64,000 nucleotides of DNA from positions 45,384,001 through 45,448,000 of the forward strand of contig NC_043010.1 of the NCBI RefSeq assembly GCF_006345805.1, read 5' to 3'. Numbering within the stretch: position 1 is the stretch's first letter; the number at the start of each line of letters is the position of its first letter. This stretch comes from Octopus sinensis. Lineage: Eukaryota. The notes beneath the pieces were generated by a model, which did no database searches, was not told the origin of the DNA, and was given only the letters and a program-made list of their open reading frames with translations. This document shows, piece after piece, positions 37,299 to 49,190 of this stretch. The translations under genes were made by a program, and so were the position numbers.

Positions 37299-37724
37299 TA
37301 ATATATAAATGCATATATATATTATTTAAATTGTTATATGATTGAATGCCACACATCCTTTTCCAAGTAAGTTTTATCTACCTACCCGCCTACCAACCTA
37401 CATACATACGTATATATATAAGGATTTCACATAGTTTTCCCTCTTCAAAATTCCACTCACAAACCATGTCAACCAAAGTTTATGATAGAAGCCCATAACT
37501 TTGGTCGTCTGTGCTCAAGATTGAATTTGCAGATATTACCTTGCAGGGCACGAACTTGCAATGTAAATGTCTTGCTAAATAAAATACCACAGGAATTTTG
37601 TTCGACGCTCTGACGATTTTGTGAAGGAAAACAAAAAAGCAAAGGCTTTTTATCACAGGGGTGGAGACTAACCAACAAAGAATAACTTTCCTAATTTTCT
37701 TCTAAAGGTGGCAGAAACGTTAGT

Positions 37725-37915
37725 GCGTCGGGCGAAATGTTTACAGTATTTTATCTGTCTTCATGTTCTGAGTTCAAATTCCGCCGAGGTTGACTTTACC
37801 TTTCACCCTTCGAGCTCAATAAATTTAGTACCAGTTGCGTACTGGTATCAATCTAATCGACTGGCCGCCTCCCCCAAAATTTCGGGCCTTGTGCCGAGAG
37901 TAGAAAAGAATATTT
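37725..37915 (+). mobile_element. tRNA-derived SINE (family D), CpG-retaining
   Basis: ggtggcagaaacgttagtgcgtcgggcgaaatg...gagttcaaattccgccgagg. Confidence 0.85.
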
Positions 37916-37929
37916 TTCTACCGCCCCTC

Positions 37930-38475
37930 TCTCTATGTTCTGTTTAATTCTTTCAGCTGTTTTTAGTCTTTTTCTTCCTTCTATTTCACTGTTTTCCCCT
38001 TTCTTCTCTTCTAGCTTCGTATATTCTTCCTTTCTCTCTCTCTCTCTCTTTCTCCCACTTTTCCTCCCATTATTTCTTCCTACTTGCCACTTCATTCACT
38101 CCCCTTTTACTGTCCATCTTTAACTTTTCTTTGTTTTCAATGATCCTCCCTTATCACATCCTTTCTCATCTCACTCGTATGCTACCCGCCCCGTTCACTC
38201 TTTCTGTTTTGCTTACTTTCTTTCCTGCCTTGTCTCTTTTCTTCCTTACTTCTTTCCATTTTCACTCCCCTTCCTCTATTCATCCATCTTTCTCTCTATA
38301 TTTTCTGTCTTTCTATGATTACCTCTTCTTTGCACATTTCCCCCCAAACTTTCTATTCTGTCTTTTTCTCCTTACTCTTTCTCTCGTCTCACTTTCTCTT
38401 TATCTTCTTACCCCCTTTATACTCTTTTTCCTCCCCTTCTCTTTCTGTCTTTTCTTACTCTCTTACCACCTCTGT
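37930..38475. repeat. Polypyrimidine (C/T-rich) low-complexity tract
   Basis: Direct inspection. Confidence 0.9.
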
Positions 38476-38508
38476 TAAGGAGAAAGAGTCCAGTATAAGT
38501 TGACAACA

Positions 38509-38540
38509 ACGTCACATGGGTGACTGAGTCACCCACGTGG
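38509..38540. promoter_or_regulatory. Candidate enhancer or promoter motif cluster: CRE half-site, GTCACATG E-box, AP-1 within a 19 bp palindrome, and a CACGTG E-box
   Basis: Sequence acgtcacatgggtgactgagtcacccacgtgg, lying within a CpG-retaining, non-repeat stretch. Confidence 0.5.
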
Positions 38541-39685
38541 TTTGCTAGACAAACGCAGTAACTCCACCCACTTCTCCATATGATCAATGTTTTTATTTTA
38601 ATGTGCTTTCGTGATCGTCTTCATTCCGTTTTATTTTCCTTTCCTCTTTTCCCCTTACGCTTCATAGCAACAAAACCTTTTAACAGTCGCGCGCCTCTTG
38701 ATAATGTGTGAAAAATCCAAGCGCATAGGAACAGACATCGGTGTTTACGAGTGTCTGCGTACGTGTGTATGAGCGCTCATTTCTGTATCTGTGTATGTGT
38801 GTTCGCGCGATTGTATCATGTATGAACAAAATACAATGAACCAATATCTGTCTCCAAACACCAATGAAAATTTAAAATATATTAACAAATAAATGCCTCA
38901 GCATGGCTGCAAGTCTAATCATTGAAACAAGTAAAAGAAATATATTTAAAAAGAATGCAAAGTTAATTGAAATACTTAATTTAAACACTCAGTTCTCAAA
39001 ATCATTTTAATTACACTTATGTATTGCTTCGGGAATAATCTATGCACATTTCTTACACTTCTGAATGTATAGGGATCGAAGAATCAGTAAAATACCGGAG
39101 AAAATATTGCATTACATCCCTATGTTCTGAGTTCAAATTATGTCGAGGTGACTGCCTTTCTTCTTTCTGAAATCGATAAAATAATGTACGCCTTTCTATC
39201 ACCTCTATGAAGTCTATGTGTAGTTTATCAGATTGCTAGAAATAGCAGTCAAGTCTTCTTTAAACTTCTCTTCACTATCCTTAGAGAAGGAACACATTGG
39301 TAATGTAGTCCTAGATGCACAATGTCTCTATAAGATGGAATGATCATAACTGGAACTCTTTCAATCGAATATATGAAGAATAAAGGGCTAACTTTGAAGT
39401 TCTATATAAAAACATTCGCGGTCGTCTGCCAGTTAGAAATATTACTCCATGCTGTCATAGCTTCTTTCTTTTTTTTTTTTTTACTTTGTCCTCGTGTTAT
39501 ATATGGATGTGCGCGTGCGAGAGAGATGACATTCTATCTATTTTGTTTTGCTCGTGTTGGTCTGGTTTCGCAGTTCCTTTGTATTTCAGATTACATTTAC
39601 CAAGAAAAATATTTCAAAAACAATATTTTCCCCTCCCCCAGTCTAAATGTTTTGACAATGTGAAAGAAAAATAAAAGCGCTCAAC

Positions 39686-39694
39686 TCGCCATCT
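39686..39694 (-). promoter_or_regulatory. YY1-type motif (AAGATGGCG on the minus strand)
   Basis: Exact CGCCATCTT in a CpG-rich context. YY1 sites commonly lie just downstream of a TSS. Confidence 0.4.
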
Positions 39695-40824
39695 TTATTC
39701 CCGTGAGAGACGTGGTGGTGGTAAGGGCTCTATGTAGCCATTCAACCAGCCAAATTTTTCTCCAAATACCACTTTACTGTCATAACAGGGCACACGTTGA
39801 CTAACACGATCTTGAGTTTCTTGCATACAAAGAAGAGACTGGATTTTCCCGGCTGGAATGCAACATAAGTCTCCACGATCAAGGTTGACAATAATACCTT
39901 CCGTGAGGCAACGGGAAAAACCTCCGGGTGATCTCTAGAAATAGCAGCCAAATCTCTTTATAATCACAACCGTCTTCAATAGGGAGAGTCCCTAAATACA
40001 CCACTTAAATGACGGGATAGTCACAGCTGGATCGCCTCTGATCATCGTAGATCAAACCGAAATTAGGTGAAACAACAATTCCATCATCAAAAACCAATGA
40101 AAAAGCCTCTACTGCTACTCGACTTGCAAGAAACTGCAGCCAAGTCTTCAAATCACATATCCTCTTGAAAGAAGAACACGTTTAATAGCGTCGTTGATAT
40201 GTAATTCCTGAAAGAAGAACATCTTTGATCAAAGATCTGCTCAGTTAGGACTAACCTAGGGTTAAATAACAACAACAACAACCATTAACATCAAAGAAAT
40301 ACGAGCGTTGACAAACGAAGTGACAAATAATGATGACAAGGAAAAACCTGTGAGGGAAGAGGCGGATCCTGATAGAGTGACAGACAGACAGGTGGGCTGT
40401 ACCAACATAAATTGATAGGCGTGAATTAAGCTGGTGACATCCTCCTCGCTTTAAATTTCTCGTGTTTTTTTTTATAATGCAATCGTTTATCGTTTATTTT
40501 TTTTTACTTGTTTCAGTTTTTTTTAAAGCTTGGTACCTATTCAGTTGGTTTTTTCTGCTGAACCGCTAAGTTATGGGGACGAAAACAAACGGTGGTAAAG
40601 GACAAAAACAAAGATACACATATAGACACACACACTCACAGACACATACTTTACATACTCACACGCACACACACACACATGTATATAATGCATATAAATA
40701 TATCTTACATATAATACAACGTAATGCGTGCCCTCTCGGTCCTGCTGGTAGAGGGAAACTGAAACAACACATGGAGTGGGAGTGAGTGACACTCAGAGTC
40801 GCTAAATGCAGGCGAACTGTAATA

Positions 40825-40981
40825 AGAGGTTTTGGTCGACTTTGCCTTTCATCCTTTCGGGGTCGATAAATTAAGTACCAGTTACGCACTGGGGTCGATG
40901 TAATCGACTTAATCCCTTTGTCTGTCCTTGTTTGTCCCCTCTGTGTTTAGCCCCTTGTGGGTAGTAAAGAAATAGGTATTT
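40825..40981 (+). mobile_element. SINE family D, 3' part
   Basis: gtcgactttgcctttcatcctttcggggtcgataaattaagtacc...gtaaagaaataggtatt. Confidence 0.9.
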
Positions 40982-42074
40982 TAATCAAAATAAAATTGCA
41001 AATTTTTATCGTACATTATATTTAATTTATCAGTTTCATACCCACACACACGTATATAAATATAAGAAACTGAATACTAAACTCTTTTGTTTTCAAAATA
41101 TTATCGTCTGCATAACGATTTTATAAGAGCATACTTACACAAGTGTGCCCCCAACTTTGTTTCCTTGTAACTCCCAGAAGAATGGATATTTTTTAATGAA
41201 AATTTTCAAATACACTCCAGATGGTATAGATTCCGGTTATATCGGAATTTATTGGGGGAAAAAATTCTGTGAATGGGGAGAGGAGTTTCGGAAAATTCAC
41301 ATATGTCAGATTTGTTTCCTTATAACTTTCTGTTGTGTGAACGCCCCCAGACGATGAAGTAGGTTAGCCCAATACGTAGATATAGAGGGAGTGGTCTAGA
41401 CGTCGGGAGTGGAGAGTAGAATAGAGTAGAGAGGGGTTGAGCAGAGGTCATCCGAACGTGCGACATAACACTTTCAGAAAAATTGATATCTTTTCTATGA
41501 AAATTTCTACAAATAGCTCTGAGACTACGTAGGTTACGATTATATTGCAATATAATATAAATAAAAAATAAAAAAACCAAGAAAAAAGGTTGGCTCGCAC
41601 CACATACATACTGACATCACTATATCTACAAAATAAAACTTGAAATTTCGAAAAAAATTGCGATATACGTCAGTGTGTATGTGTGTGCTCACTATTTTTC
41701 TTTCAGTTACCCGTCTATGAAATTTACTCACGCGCCTTTGGTGGACCTGGGACTAATGATAGAAGACACTTGCCGAAGGTGCGACACAGTGGGACTGAAC
41801 CCAGAATCATATGGTTAGGAAGCGAGCTTCCTACCACACAGCCATTTTTGCGGCTATGTATGTATGTATGTAGGTATGTGTGTGCGTGTGATTTTTCTTT
41901 GTGTTTAAATTGCTAACAGAAGAACAAGACTTTTTGAGTTAAGAGAGTTCCCGGTGTTTGCAAATATGCATCTACTAACGTAAGAATCTCACATGGAAAA
42001 CTTTTGTAATGTTTTACAAAACTCCACTGTGCCACAAATAGATTAGATTTGGAGAAACCCAATCTATTAGTGTA

Positions 42075-43430
42075 TTTACCGCTGGATGCAGTATTTTGGT
42101 ACAATATGTCGCCCCAATCAGGACAGGCCGAAGAGTCAGTGTCACACAGTGATAGTCAGATACGAATGGCGGCATGGGCAGCATCCGAGTAAACCATCAG
42201 AATGCCCTGTGGAAAAAAGAGGACCTGCCTTCATGCAGGTTGGACATGAAGTCTGGGTCAAGCCCCTGAAGGCACAGTGTACATCTCAGAGGAACAGTAA
42301 CGGCTGTTAATTCCAAAGATAACGTCTCTGTGTGACACTGACTCTTCGGCCTGTCCTAATTAGGGCGACATTATTGTACCAAAATACTGCTTCCAGTGGT
42401 AAAATGCATCCCCTCTCCGCCGTGGTTTTGATTGTTCGATGATGTCTTTCCACAATACCATTTTCACTCGACTTGTATGCTGTTCTAAAGAAGGGGGTGC
42501 ACGTTCCACTTATCAAGTATCTCCCTCAGTGTCTTCGAACGAAATGCAGTGCCGTTGTCAATCAGCAATTTGTCCACAGGACCCAGCTCCAGGAACAGCT
42601 CATTCAGGATACGTGCAATCTCGTCTGCAGTGCTCGTCTTCATTTCCCTCCAAATCGCCATCCACCCGGCCTACCGTCGACCATCGAGAAATACGTCTCC
42701 TGCCCGTAGTGCGTCAAATCCATCGCCAATAGTCTCCAGTTGTGCTCTACCAAGTTGTTTCCCTGCTCATGCACACCCTGCACATGACACCCCTGCATCA
42801 CCAAACGAAATCACATCTCCACCAACACTGACACCTCCAAGGCAGTTGATCACGTCCATGCCCATCACCATGTCAATTCCGTCTACCACATAGTCAATCA
42901 CAATCGCCCCCAACCTCAGTACTGTGTGCCGCACTGCTATCTCCACGTCGTTGCTACCCTTACAATCTTATTTCGCTGCCGTCCACCGCCTGAACACTAC
43001 TCGGCCCCTTCTATTTTCATATCATCCTCAGGGTCACGAGAGACGTCATACAGTCCATATCCATGAGGGCTTTGAGTGCTTTTGCCCCAACCAAGACTGC
43101 AGCTACGAGCGCCTCTACTTGCTTGCGGGGGAAGTTTGAGAGACAGCAACTTCCTCATGGCTTTTTCCCTGGCTGTAGTTTTGAACGATATGCCCAGTCT
43201 GCTTGCACCGGTAGCAAACAGGTCCAGGTTTCGTCTCCGCGCAGTCCCTAGCTATGTGCGGTGCCTGGCACTTGAAGTCCCGATCCATGAACGGTCGCTG
43301 TCGCTCCACAACAGTTTTCTTCCCCTCGTTCTTCACCGGTCATTGCACTATGCCGCAGGCTTCGACAGCTCATCCCATCGCCACATTTTTTTTTTATATT
43401 GGTCGGGCTTGTTGTTGCGTCCTAGATCCA
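42075..43430 (-). mobile_element. Ty3/Gypsy remnant: gag zinc knuckles, protease and integrase core, with RT/RNaseH missing and the integrase C-terminus inverted onto the + strand
   Basis: Minus strand: CQAPHIARDC and CYRCKQTGHI (CCHC knuckles), VDGIDMVMGMDVI (protease), and LLIDNGTAFRS...ENGIVERHHRTIK (integrase DDE). Plus strand 42075-42330: WYNMSP...VGHEVWVKP. Confidence 0.85.
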
Positions 43431-43788
43431 TACTGATTAAACAGAAACTGTCGAAGAAATTCAAACTATAACCATTGTGTGTTTTAGACATCGTTCTTCT
43501 GAGAATCCCCTATCCATTTGCTCTATGACTGATGAGTTTTAGTCGTGTACATCCGGTTGTATTTTCAGAAAATGTATCGGAGACTTTATTATCTAGCGTG
43601 TCTTTTTTTATTTTAAGAGGGTAATGTGTGGTTGAAAAGAGATATGGCTGCTATTTCCTAAATTGAGCAACTATGTATAGCTTTTGGTTTTTGTTGTTGG
43701 AGTTGTTTGTTTTTATATAGTCCTTCATCGCATGGCTAAGACAATAACAGAAATTGAGACGTACTTCAACACATGTACTTATTAATGT

Positions 43789-44176
43789 ACTAGCAGTATC
43801 GCCCGGCGTTGCTCGGGTTTGTAAGGGAAATAACTATAAAGCATTTTTAGAGAGTTATAGCCAAAAAATAGCAAAAGAAGGGAAAAAAATGATGGTAAAT
43901 TTTTTTTTGAGATTTAAAAAAGGTGGAGTTGCGTCCCCTAGACAGTTTGTGGTTCGTGTTTCTGATTCTCGACCCCATGTCGAATTTATCGATTTTTTTC
44001 AGAACTGGGGGAACTTTTCAAAATTTTCGCTGCGTTAGTTTTGAATTATGACATTGGGCTATGTGTGTGTCAAGTTTCATCAGAATCGGTTGAAAGCCGT
44101 GGTCAGGGTGAGGGTACAAGCAAACAGACACACAGAAACACGCACAGACAAACTGCCGTTTATACAGAGAGAGATG
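43789..44176 (-). mobile_element. Non-autonomous Helitron-type element
   Basis: On the minus strand it starts TC(tctctc) and ends cccgagcaacgccgggcgatactgCTAGT (hairpin plus CTAG), similar to the end at 36907-36938. Confidence 0.7.
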
Positions 44177-44281
44177 TATGTCATTATTTAGTTTTATTTC
44201 GAAATTTCATACCAATAGAAAAAAAAGCCGGTTTCTAACCTAGATCCAAGGCGCCTTCATTGGAATTTCAACATCATCAGG

Positions 44282-44282
<1 letters not shown>

Positions 44283-44312
<30 letters not shown>

Positions 44313-44470
44313 TGTATGTATGTATGTATGTATGTATGTACGTACGCACGCACGCACGCACGTACGTTTGTACGTAGGTACGTACGTACCGCACGCAAGT
44401 ATGTACGTACGTATGTACGTACGTATGTATTATATATTTGTATGAATGCAAGTTCGTATGTACGTACGTA
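44283..44470. repeat. (TATG)n grading into (TACG)n/(CACG)n microsatellite
   Basis: Direct inspection. Confidence 0.95.
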
Positions 44471-45010
44471 CAGAGTCTCTCAAAAAATGGATACACACAT
44501 TGAATGATTATTAAAGTCAGTATTTATTAGAATACGTTTCATTTTCAAAATTTAATAGAATCTATGGACAAAATTTTTTTTTTTTTTTCATGAAAGCCAG
44601 TTTTCAGACTGATGATTGTTCTGTCCCACAAAGCATTGTTGGTGACAAAGCAAATGGAATCAAAAACATCAAGATATATTTCATTCAGTATTTGCGTGCA
44701 TTCTAGTTAAATGGCTGCCCTCAATTTGTCAAATGTTGCCAGTTTTGTACTGTAAAATTAATTAAGTATCCTCATGACAAAAAAAAAAAAAAAAGTTTAG
44801 TGGTGCTAAGTCCAGTAAATGTAGAGAATATTCTACTGACCTCTTTGTCTAATCTACCAGTTTGGTAAAGTCTCATCATGGCGGGCACTTGGGTTAATAT
44901 AGAAGTGTGGAGGTGCCTCATCTTGCAAGAAATAAAACTCCACATCTTTGAAGTCCTCTTGAATGCTTAACATGATACATTGTGGCAGCATGTTCAAGTA
45001 AATGGGACGA
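44471..45010 (-). mobile_element. Tc1/mariner-superfamily remnant (transposase C-terminus plus TIR)
   Basis: The minus strand reads LQDEAPPHFYIN...DETLPNW*IRQRG..EYSLHLLDLAPLNFF, matching QQDGAPPH / SPDLTPLDF. A TA-cagagtctctcaaaaaatggatacac terminus is present. Confidence 0.75.
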
Positions 45011-45602
45011 GTCACAGAGCAATCAAAACAAGAATAGACTTGGTTAACTGTGGAGGTTAATTGAGTTAATGTACAAGGGGGTGCTGAACAGTTCCTGACT
45101 TTGGGTAAAAGACTTTAGAAGACAGAGAAACATGTCCAGGAAGTTACTACTGAGAATCGAATACTGTATCTCTCAAATTCTCAGCAGGAATTTAAGAGAT
45201 ACAGGGTTCAATACTCAGTAGCGCCTTACTTTTACCCGTCTTTTAAGAGTTACTCTTAAAAGACAGGAAAAGTTTTCTAAGCCGTTTTCACAGCTATTCT
45301 ATGTTTGAGATTTACTTTATTTTATATATATATTTATCTTTTAATTGCTCTAGTCATTTGGTTGTGGCCCTGCTGAGGCACCATGTTGAAGAATTTTTAG
45401 TGGAATAAATCGATCGCAGTACTTTTCTAAGCCTGGTACTTGTTCTATCATTCTTCTTTGCTGAACCATCAAGCCACAGGGATGCAAACAAGCCAGCATT
45501 GGTTATCAAGCGGTGGTGAGCGGAACAAAGACACAAACACACACATTTATGTACGACGGTCTTCTTTCAGTTTCCATCTACTAAGTTGATCCAGACCTTT
45601 TT

Positions 45603-45870
45603 TTGAAGGTCATCACCGGTGACAAATGCTGGTGCTATGGAATTTACAGATGTGGAAGAGGTCAAAGAAAAAAAAAAAACCACGGAGGCATTAAAAGGCA
45701 TCGCTTTGCAAGAATTTCAGCACTGCTTCAAATAGTGGAAAACACACTTGGACCGATGCATTGCTTCAAATGGAGAATACTTTGAAGGCGATAAAAGAGT
45801 AAACATGTAAAACTAAGTGAATAAAATAATATTGCGAAATTCCAGTCTCTTTTGAGTACCCCTTGTGTAT
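45603..45870 (+). mobile_element. Internally deleted mariner (TGD motif fused to the C-terminus and 3' TIR)
   Basis: KVITGDKCWCYG is joined to FTDVEEVK...FQHCFK*WKTHLDRCIASNGEYFEGDK. Confidence 0.8.
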
Positions 45871-46819
45871 ATACATACATACAGACAGACAGACAGATAG
45901 ATAGATACATGCATACATACGTTCATACTTACAAATATATGGGTGCATGTATGTATGCACTCACATATGTAATGGTATGTGGCCAAATGGTTAGAGTGAA
46001 CTCACAATCGAAGGTCTTGGGTTCAATTCCTGGTCCAGGTGGTGTGTTGTGTCCTTCAGCATCCATGTCATTTCCCATTGCTCTTGTTCAATCAGCTGAA
46101 AACAGGTCTCACTTGTCTACTAGTGCAGGCCTCATGGAGGCAATGACTACAGACGAAGACCTCATGTATGTTTGTATGCAGTGTATGTTATTTTGGGTTA
46201 AAACCTCACTGTGTGTCACATTTGACAATTGCCTGGAACTAAACAATGCCTTGTGAGTGGAACCTGTGCATAAAAACTTCATAGAAACCTGTCATACATA
46301 CCTATCAAAACTGGAAGTTAGAAAAATTTATTGGTATTCTCTATTTCACCATTACACATGTTTCATTTGCTAATAGGAATTACAGAGTTTTACATGCTAG
46401 ATAGACATGTAAGGAATTTCTTATTAGAAATTCTTCAGACAGAGAAATCAATACATGTATACATTACATATATACATATATGCATGCATACATACATACA
46501 TACATACATACATACATACATACATACATACGTACATATTTGCATACATATATACGTATGTATATGTATATACTCGTAAACATACATACATATATACATA
46601 AGCATACATACACACATGCATGCACATGTGGAGACATATAATCACCTATTTATACACATATCTATCTGTTTTTTAGGGCTTTTTGCTTGTTCTAACAGAC
46701 ACAAAGACACATTCTTCTTTCTGTATATATGAGGAAATAAGAATAATGATGAATATATAATAAAAAGAAATTAACATATTTGATATATGAATATATAATG
46801 CATAATAAAAAATAATTGG

Positions 46820-47335
46820 AGTAAAAGAAGAGGGGGAAGAAGGAAGAGGAGAAGGAGAGGGTGAGTGGATGAAAAAGAATATGATGTTGAAAAAGATGAA
46901 AGAGGAGAAGAAGAAGAAGAAGAAGAAGAAGAAAGTTAAAGAAGAAAAAAGAAAAAGATGATGGAGAAAGAAAGGAAGGAGGATGTCAAAGAAGAAGTCA
47001 AGGAAGAAGAAGAAGAAGAAGAAGAAGAAGAAGAAGAAGAAGAAGGAGAAGAAGAAGACGAATACAAGGAGAAGAAGAAGGAGAAGAAGAAGACGGAGGA
47101 GAAGAAGAAGAAGAAGGTTAAAGAAGAAAAAGAAAAAGATGATGGAGAAGGAAAGGAAGGAGGGTGTCAAAGAAGAAGTCAAGGAAGAAAAAGAAGAAGA
47201 AGAAGACTGAGAAGAAGAAGAAGAAGAAGAAGAAGAAGAAGAAGAAGAAGGAGGAGGAGGAGGAGGAGGAGGAGAAGAAGAAGGAGGAGAAGAAGAAGAC
47301 GGAGAAGAAGAAGAAGGAGAAGAAGAAGAAGCCAT
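46820..47335 (+). repeat. Complex (GAA)/(GGA) purine satellite
   Basis: GAA runs with two copies of an ~85 bp non-simple unit (aaggttaaagaagaaaaagaaaaagatgatggag...gtcaaagaagaagtcaagg). Confidence 0.95.
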
Positions 47336-47844
47336 TAAGGCCAACTAAACAGTTCAGATAACAGCGTAACTTTCATACATGAATGTGGCCCCCATTTTTT
47401 TTTTTTTTTGTTAATAAATGGAAGAATGTTGAGAATCTTCTTGCACTTTTCATCCCGTTCATTTCTGCATAATTAATTTCTTGTCTATCAGTCTCGTTTC
47501 ATTTCTTTCCCATTGAATTAGGCCATCGATAAATAGCTGACCATCCCTGTCTAACAAAGGCGGCATTGAACTATCGAGGGAGATTCTGTTTAATAGACTG
47601 TACTGTCTCCTTGCATAAATGTTAGCTACTGTGATTGGGGTGGGGATTCATTACTCCCCAGGCAGTGGTCATGCTAGAAATAGCTGCTGGATATTCCTCA
47701 AAGCAGACCACCCTAATGTCTCAATAAAGGAGGATATATGTCTAGCAGATCATACATGAAAGATGAAATGTGCTCAGGGAAATGGCTTGGTCAAAGGTCT
47801 GTTTCATTAAGGTGACATGGGACCAAACAACAACAACACAGCAT

Positions 47845-48320
47845 CATCTTTCCCCTCCCCCTCCTTTGCTTCTTTGATGTCCTCTTCCTCTTCTATCTCT
47901 TCCTCCTTCTTGTCCTTTTTGACATCATCTGTCTTGTCTTTTTCTTCTTCTTTGCCCTCCTCCTTCTCCTACTCCTCCTTGTATTCTTCTTTGGTGTCAT
48001 CTTCTTTCTTCTCCTCCTTCGTCTTTTTCTTCTTTTACTTCCTCTGTCTCCTCCTCCTCCATCTTTTTATTCTTCTTCTTCATCCTCTTCCTTGACTTCT
48101 TCTTTGACATCCTCCTTACCCTCCTTCCTCTCCACCATCTTTTTCTTTTTTCTTCTTTAACCTTCTTCTTCTTCTTCTTCTTCTTCTTCTTCTTCTCCTC
48201 CTCCTCCTCCTCCTTCTTCTTCTTCTTCTTCTCCTTCTCCTCCTTCTTCTTCTTCTTCTTCTTCTTCTTCTTCTTCTTCTTCTTCTTCTTCTTCTTCTTC
48301 TTCAGCTGCTGCTGCTGCTG
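47845..48320 (-). repeat. Complex (TTC)/(TCC) satellite, inverted homolog of 46820-47335
   Basis: Contains the reverse complement of the same non-simple unit at about 48085-48170. Confidence 0.92.
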
Positions 48321-48856
48321 CTTCAGGAGTAATGTTTTATGGTTTCCAAATATAATTAATAAAAAAAAACAAACAGCAAAAAACATCATTTGATTATTGT
48401 AGGGGTCTGATGAAAGCTTTTGTTTCTGACGGCAGCACCAATTCCTTCTCCCCATTACCATTGCAGCTAACATCACCACCACCACCACAAGCAGCAGCAA
48501 CAACAACAACAATAAGTGCAATTGTCAGCCTTCCAACTCTTTAATGATCACTCAACTATTCCGCCAACACCAAAACTAAACAGCTGGGACTCGAAGAAAT
48601 AAAAACAAAGAAGGAAGAGAGAAGCGGAAACAAGAAGGAAGGCAGGTTAAGAAAAACATGGCGATAAAAGAACTACTGCTCCTTGTGTTGTTAATGCAGC
48701 TTTGTTGTCATAAACTATTGTCCTTTTGATGGTTGGTTATTATGCTGTTTCCATTGCATGGAAGTGGAACCATTAATATCCATATTGATTCTTCAGGCTA
48801 GACGTGATACAAGGCCAACTCTTCTGTAGGGAGAAACTATAGTTGAAGATTATATA

Positions 48857-48915
<59 letters not shown>

Positions 48916-48974
48916 AGATAGATAGTCAGACAGACAGACAGATATGTGTGTGTGTGTTCACATGCATATATATA

Positions 48975-49190
48975 TATGTGACCGCGTGTGTACCGTTGGC
49001 AATATTTTTTCCTCTGTTTTCCCTTCTCTGGATCTTTCCTTCTCCTATGTTTCCGACAAAGAGCTCTGCTCAAAACGTTAAACACTCCTTCCTTTCCTTC
49101 CTAAGCATCCAATAATACTATATTTGTTCCACATCCTCACGTTGTTGTGTTTTTTTGTGCTTTCATGTTTGGATTAACTTTATGTCTGTA
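48975..49190 (+). mobile_element. Short microsatellite-embedded element with a degenerate minimal hammerhead (49048-49084)
   Basis: TGTTT-CCGACAA-A-GAGC-tct-GCTC-AAAA-CG-TT-AAACA. Confidence 0.6.

Noticed and set aside
46673-48521. Poly-E/K/R/F/S ORFs
   Set aside because: They are translations of the GAA/TTC satellites.
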